Origin: a virus
Taxonomy: Duplodnaviria > Heunggongvirae > Uroviricota > Caudoviricetes
Length of the DNA stretch: 8,279 nt
Strand: one strand, 5' to 3'
IMG/VR virus record: IMGVR_UViG_2548876852_000004
Coordinates: 1 to 8,279 of that record
Part shown: positions 6,466-8,279 of the stretch, in pieces
How the letters are laid out: each line of letters opens with the position of its first letter
Position numbering within the stretch: position 1 is the first letter of the stretch
Notes under the pieces: generated by a model
What the model was told of the DNA's origin: nothing
Database searches by the model: none
What the model saw: the letters and a program-made list of their open reading frames with translations, nothing else
Made by a program: the position numbers and the translations under genes

Positions 6466-6891
6466 TTAGTGCATCACCACAGCATTCCCTGCCGGGCCGC
6501 CGCGATTCATCTGGTCATACAAAACAACCGCTGACGCAACAAAATCATCGACATCCTTCACCAGCCGATCCCTCCGTTCGACGATCTCACGGTAATATTC
6601 AGAACTGTGGCTGCGCATACGGGCCACCAGCAAAGGCGGCATCGCCTTTTCGATCGCCGGTAACAGAGCCTGCATTTTTTCAACAGCATCAGGGGTGTCT
6701 TTATCCAGCCAACGGAAAATTTTCTGGGTATTACGGGCCAGGGCTTCCGGATGGCTGTCGTCATACAGTTCCGGGAACGTCATTCCCAGCTCGAAATACG
6801 CTTTGGTAATTTTCGCAGCCGGTACTTTTTCGCCGTCCGGATGCGCCCAGACATTCATCGCCATGCGGATGTGTTCATGCTTGATTTTCAT
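6466..6891 (-). CDS. YdaT-like (CII-position) early regulatory protein
   Basis: 140-aa ORF sitting between the Cro-like gene and the O-like gene, the position held by YdaT in Rac-type prophages. ATG at 6889-6891 is preceded by SD GGAG (spacer 8). It overlaps the Cro-like stop by 17 nt. Family assignment is from memory and position. Confidence 0.55.
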   Translation of the reverse strand: MKIKHEHIRMAMNVWAHPDGEKVPAAKITKAYFELGMTFPELYDDSHPEALARNTQKIFRWLDKDTPDAVEKMQALLPAIEKAMPPLLVARMRSHSSEYYREIVERRDRLVKDVDDFVASAVVLYDQMNRGGPAGNAVVMH

Positions 6892-7156
6892 GAATCAAGC
6901 TCCTAGAAAGTGGTTGTGTTAACGTTTTGGTATCTTCCAGCTCGGGCCAAATATTCATCCAATCAAAAGGCCTTAGTTGCTGACGTGTAACTTCACCATT
7001 ACTGGCTCGCTCAATAAGGACACATAACGATGCCCCTAACACTTGACCTTTACTCAATGCCTTTCTTAGATAACCGATGCTGGTACCACACTCGCATGCA
7101 AACATACGCTGTTCATCTGACGAAAGAGAATTGAGAAATATTCTTAATTCTTCCAT
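6875..7156 (-). CDS. Cro-like HTH regulator (YdaS-like)
   Basis: 93-aa ORF divergent from the repressor. HTH-like segment CGTSIGYLRKALSKGQVLGASLCVLIERASNGEV. Consensus SD AAGGAG sits 5 nt upstream of ATG 7154-7156. Confidence 0.7.
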   Translation of the reverse strand: MEELRIFLNSLSSDEQRMFACECGTSIGYLRKALSKGQVLGASLCVLIERASNGEVTRQQLRPFDWMNIWPELEDTKTLTQPLSRSLIHENQA

Positions 7157-7181
7157 AGCTACTCCTTAGTAAACACAGCAA

Positions 7182-7250
7182 AGAATACCCACAGGTAAAT
7201 AAAAGTCAATACCCACAGGTTGTTTACCTTGCGGTAATCGCATCTATTAT
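7182..7250. promoter_or_regulatory. OR-like divergent promoter/operator region
   Basis: Two copies of ATACCCACAGGT(A/T) at 7185-7198 and 7209-7222, 24 bp apart. Candidate rightward-early promoter on the minus strand: -35 TTGACT (7204-7209), 16-nt spacer, -10 TATTCT (7182-7187). Candidate repressor promoter on the plus strand: -35 TTTACC (7223-7228), -10 TATTAT (7245-7250). The repressor ATG at 7257 has no SD and lies about 7 nt past the -10, suggesting a leaderless mRNA. Confidence 0.55.
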
Positions 7251-7256
7251 TTACCT

Positions 7257-7676
7257 ATGGACAAATATGAATTTAGACGACAGCAACTCATCAAAATTCG
7301 TGATGAGAAATGCGATGGTAAAGCGGTTAACGTGGCCAGAAAGATCGGGCGCGAGCCTTCTTATGTATCAAGAATGTTGTACCCAGAGGGGAAAAAGGGA
7401 AAAAAACGGATCGCTGATGATATGGTGGAGATTATCGAAGAGTCCTTTGGGTTACCCCGGGGATGGATGGATGGTATCGTTTCATCATCAACGAACACAG
7501 CCTCCAGTTATGAAACAAGGGTTCTAACGCCACGACAACGTATTTTTTTAGATCTCTTAGACGAACTGCCAGAAAGTGAAGCGGATAAATTATTAAAAAC
7601 TCTTGAAGAGAAAAAACAGTATTACAATATGATCTACGAAGAAATCCGTAAAAAGAAAGCACAAAACGCATCATAG
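7257..7676 (+). CDS. CI-like prophage repressor, short form without a peptidase domain (RacR/DicA-type)
   Basis: 139-aa ORF with N-terminal HTH (AVNVARKIGREPSYVSRMLYPEGKK). C-terminal LDELPESEADKLL resembles the DicA C-terminus as I recall it. Divergent from the Cro-like gene and flanked on both sides by the same operator motif. Confidence 0.7.
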   Translation: MDKYEFRRQQLIKIRDEKCDGKAVNVARKIGREPSYVSRMLYPEGKKGKKRIADDMVEIIEESFGLPRGWMDGIVSSSTNTASSYETRVLTPRQRIFLDLLDELPESEADKLLKTLEEKKQYYNMIYEEIRKKKAQNAS

Positions 7677-7718
7677 CTCACCAAACAACTAGTCACCAGT
7701 TAAGACACTGCAAAAAAG

Positions 7719-7760
7719 TTACCCATGGGTATTTACTTTTTAAATACCTATGGGTATTCT
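7719..7760 (+). promoter_or_regulatory. OL-like operator pair overlapping a leftward-early-type promoter
   Basis: TTACCCATGGGTAT (7719-7732, core TACCCATGGGTA is a perfect palindrome) and ATACCTATGGGTAT (7744-7757). Overlapping promoter candidate: -35 TTTACT (7732-7737), 17-nt spacer, -10 TATTCT (7755-7760). Same motif as the OR-like sites. Confidence 0.55.
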
Positions 7761-7941
7761 TCTTTTCATACCAACCCACCCCGCCCCACAGAATGCAGGG
7801 CAATACTTTGAGTTACCAGGCAGTGGTCAGGGGTTAAGTAGCCAGCCCGAGGCGTATGAACATGACGGCGGGAACACTTTGTATAACAGCGCAGCAGGTT
7901 TTTAGTTCCGCGACCCGGCGTTAAGGGTAAATGAGGTCAAC

Positions 7942-8094
7942 ATGGATATGCTCAATCTTGGCAACAATGAATCTCTGGTGTGCGGAGTATTCCCCAACCA
8001 CGACGGCACGTTTACCGCGATGACGTATACCAGAAGTAAAACGTTTAAAACCGAAGCTGGCGCGCATCGCTGGTTAGCAAGAAACGCTAACTGA
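7942..8094 (+). CDS. small protein (50 aa), first gene downstream of the OL-like promoter; possibly YdfA/YdaF-like
   Basis: Not in the ORF track. ATG at 7942 is preceded by SD GAGG (spacer 5). Translation MDMLNLGNNESLVCGVFPNHDGTFTAMTYTRSKTFKTEAGAHRWLARNAN. Its size and position after the repressor match the small DUF1391-type genes of Qin/Rac prophages; the family assignment is from memory only. Confidence 0.45.
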   Translation: MDMLNLGNNESLVCGVFPNHDGTFTAMTYTRSKTFKTEAGAHRWLARNAN

Positions 8095-8279
8095 TTAGCG
8101 CCAGTAAAAACAGGTTTCCACAGGTTAATTTACCCTGAAAAGTCAGGGCATAACACGAAAGCGCACGGCGAGATCCCTTTGCATATAAGTCTTGTCGTTA
8201 AATTTCTTCGACCGTGCGCTTCTGGTTGTGGCAATCCGCGAAATGGCGCGGCGGTAAGTATGGCGGGGTTATTCCTTCC

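Noticed and set aside
6624-6631. Chi site (GCTGGTGG on the minus strand)
   Set aside because: A single octamer occurrence is expected by chance at this length in enterobacterial DNA; not evidence of a feature by itself.
6426-6922. ORFs 6426-6809 (+), 6558-6764 (-) and 6695-6922 (+)
   Set aside because: Overlap the YdaT-like gene in other frames or strands; compositionally biased.
7267-7674. ORFs 7267-7527 (+) and 7432-7674 (-)
   Set aside because: Alternative frame and antisense within the repressor gene, which has the HTH and operator context.
8260-8279. Possible start of another small ORF (ATG 8260, MAGLFL...) at the window edge
   Set aside because: Only 20 nt are available and the SD is marginal; cannot be supported from this window.
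1-8279. CRISPR arrays, tRNA or rRNA genes
   Set aside because: No regularly spaced short repeats with unique spacers and no cloverleaf-like or rRNA-like segments were seen.

Overview
This window reads as the early/immunity-replication region of a lambdoid (Rac/Qin-like) enterobacterial prophage, flanked on the left by an IS-type transposase and a Hok-family type I toxin gene. From right to left: a short CI-like repressor (7257-7676, +) divergent from a Cro-like gene (6875-7156, -), with four copies of a 14-bp dyad operator split between an OR-like and an OL-like site; then on the minus strand a YdaT/CII-like gene, a lambda-O-like replication initiator with ori iterons embedded in its linker, a DnaC-like helicase loader, and a tightly coupled string of small genes of unknown function (2859-4707). 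Further left are a separately transcribed 187-aa orphan gene whose Shine-Dalgarno is separated from the start codon by a perfect hairpin, a candidate 34-aa hydrophobic peptide gene, an rve-type DDE transposase (682-1770, +), and the hok gene (455-610, -) with a clear intrinsic terminator. No tRNA, rRNA or CRISPR array was seen. All protein calls rest on my reading and recollection of protein families, with no database search; the unknown-function genes, the small peptide and the IS boundaries are the least certain.
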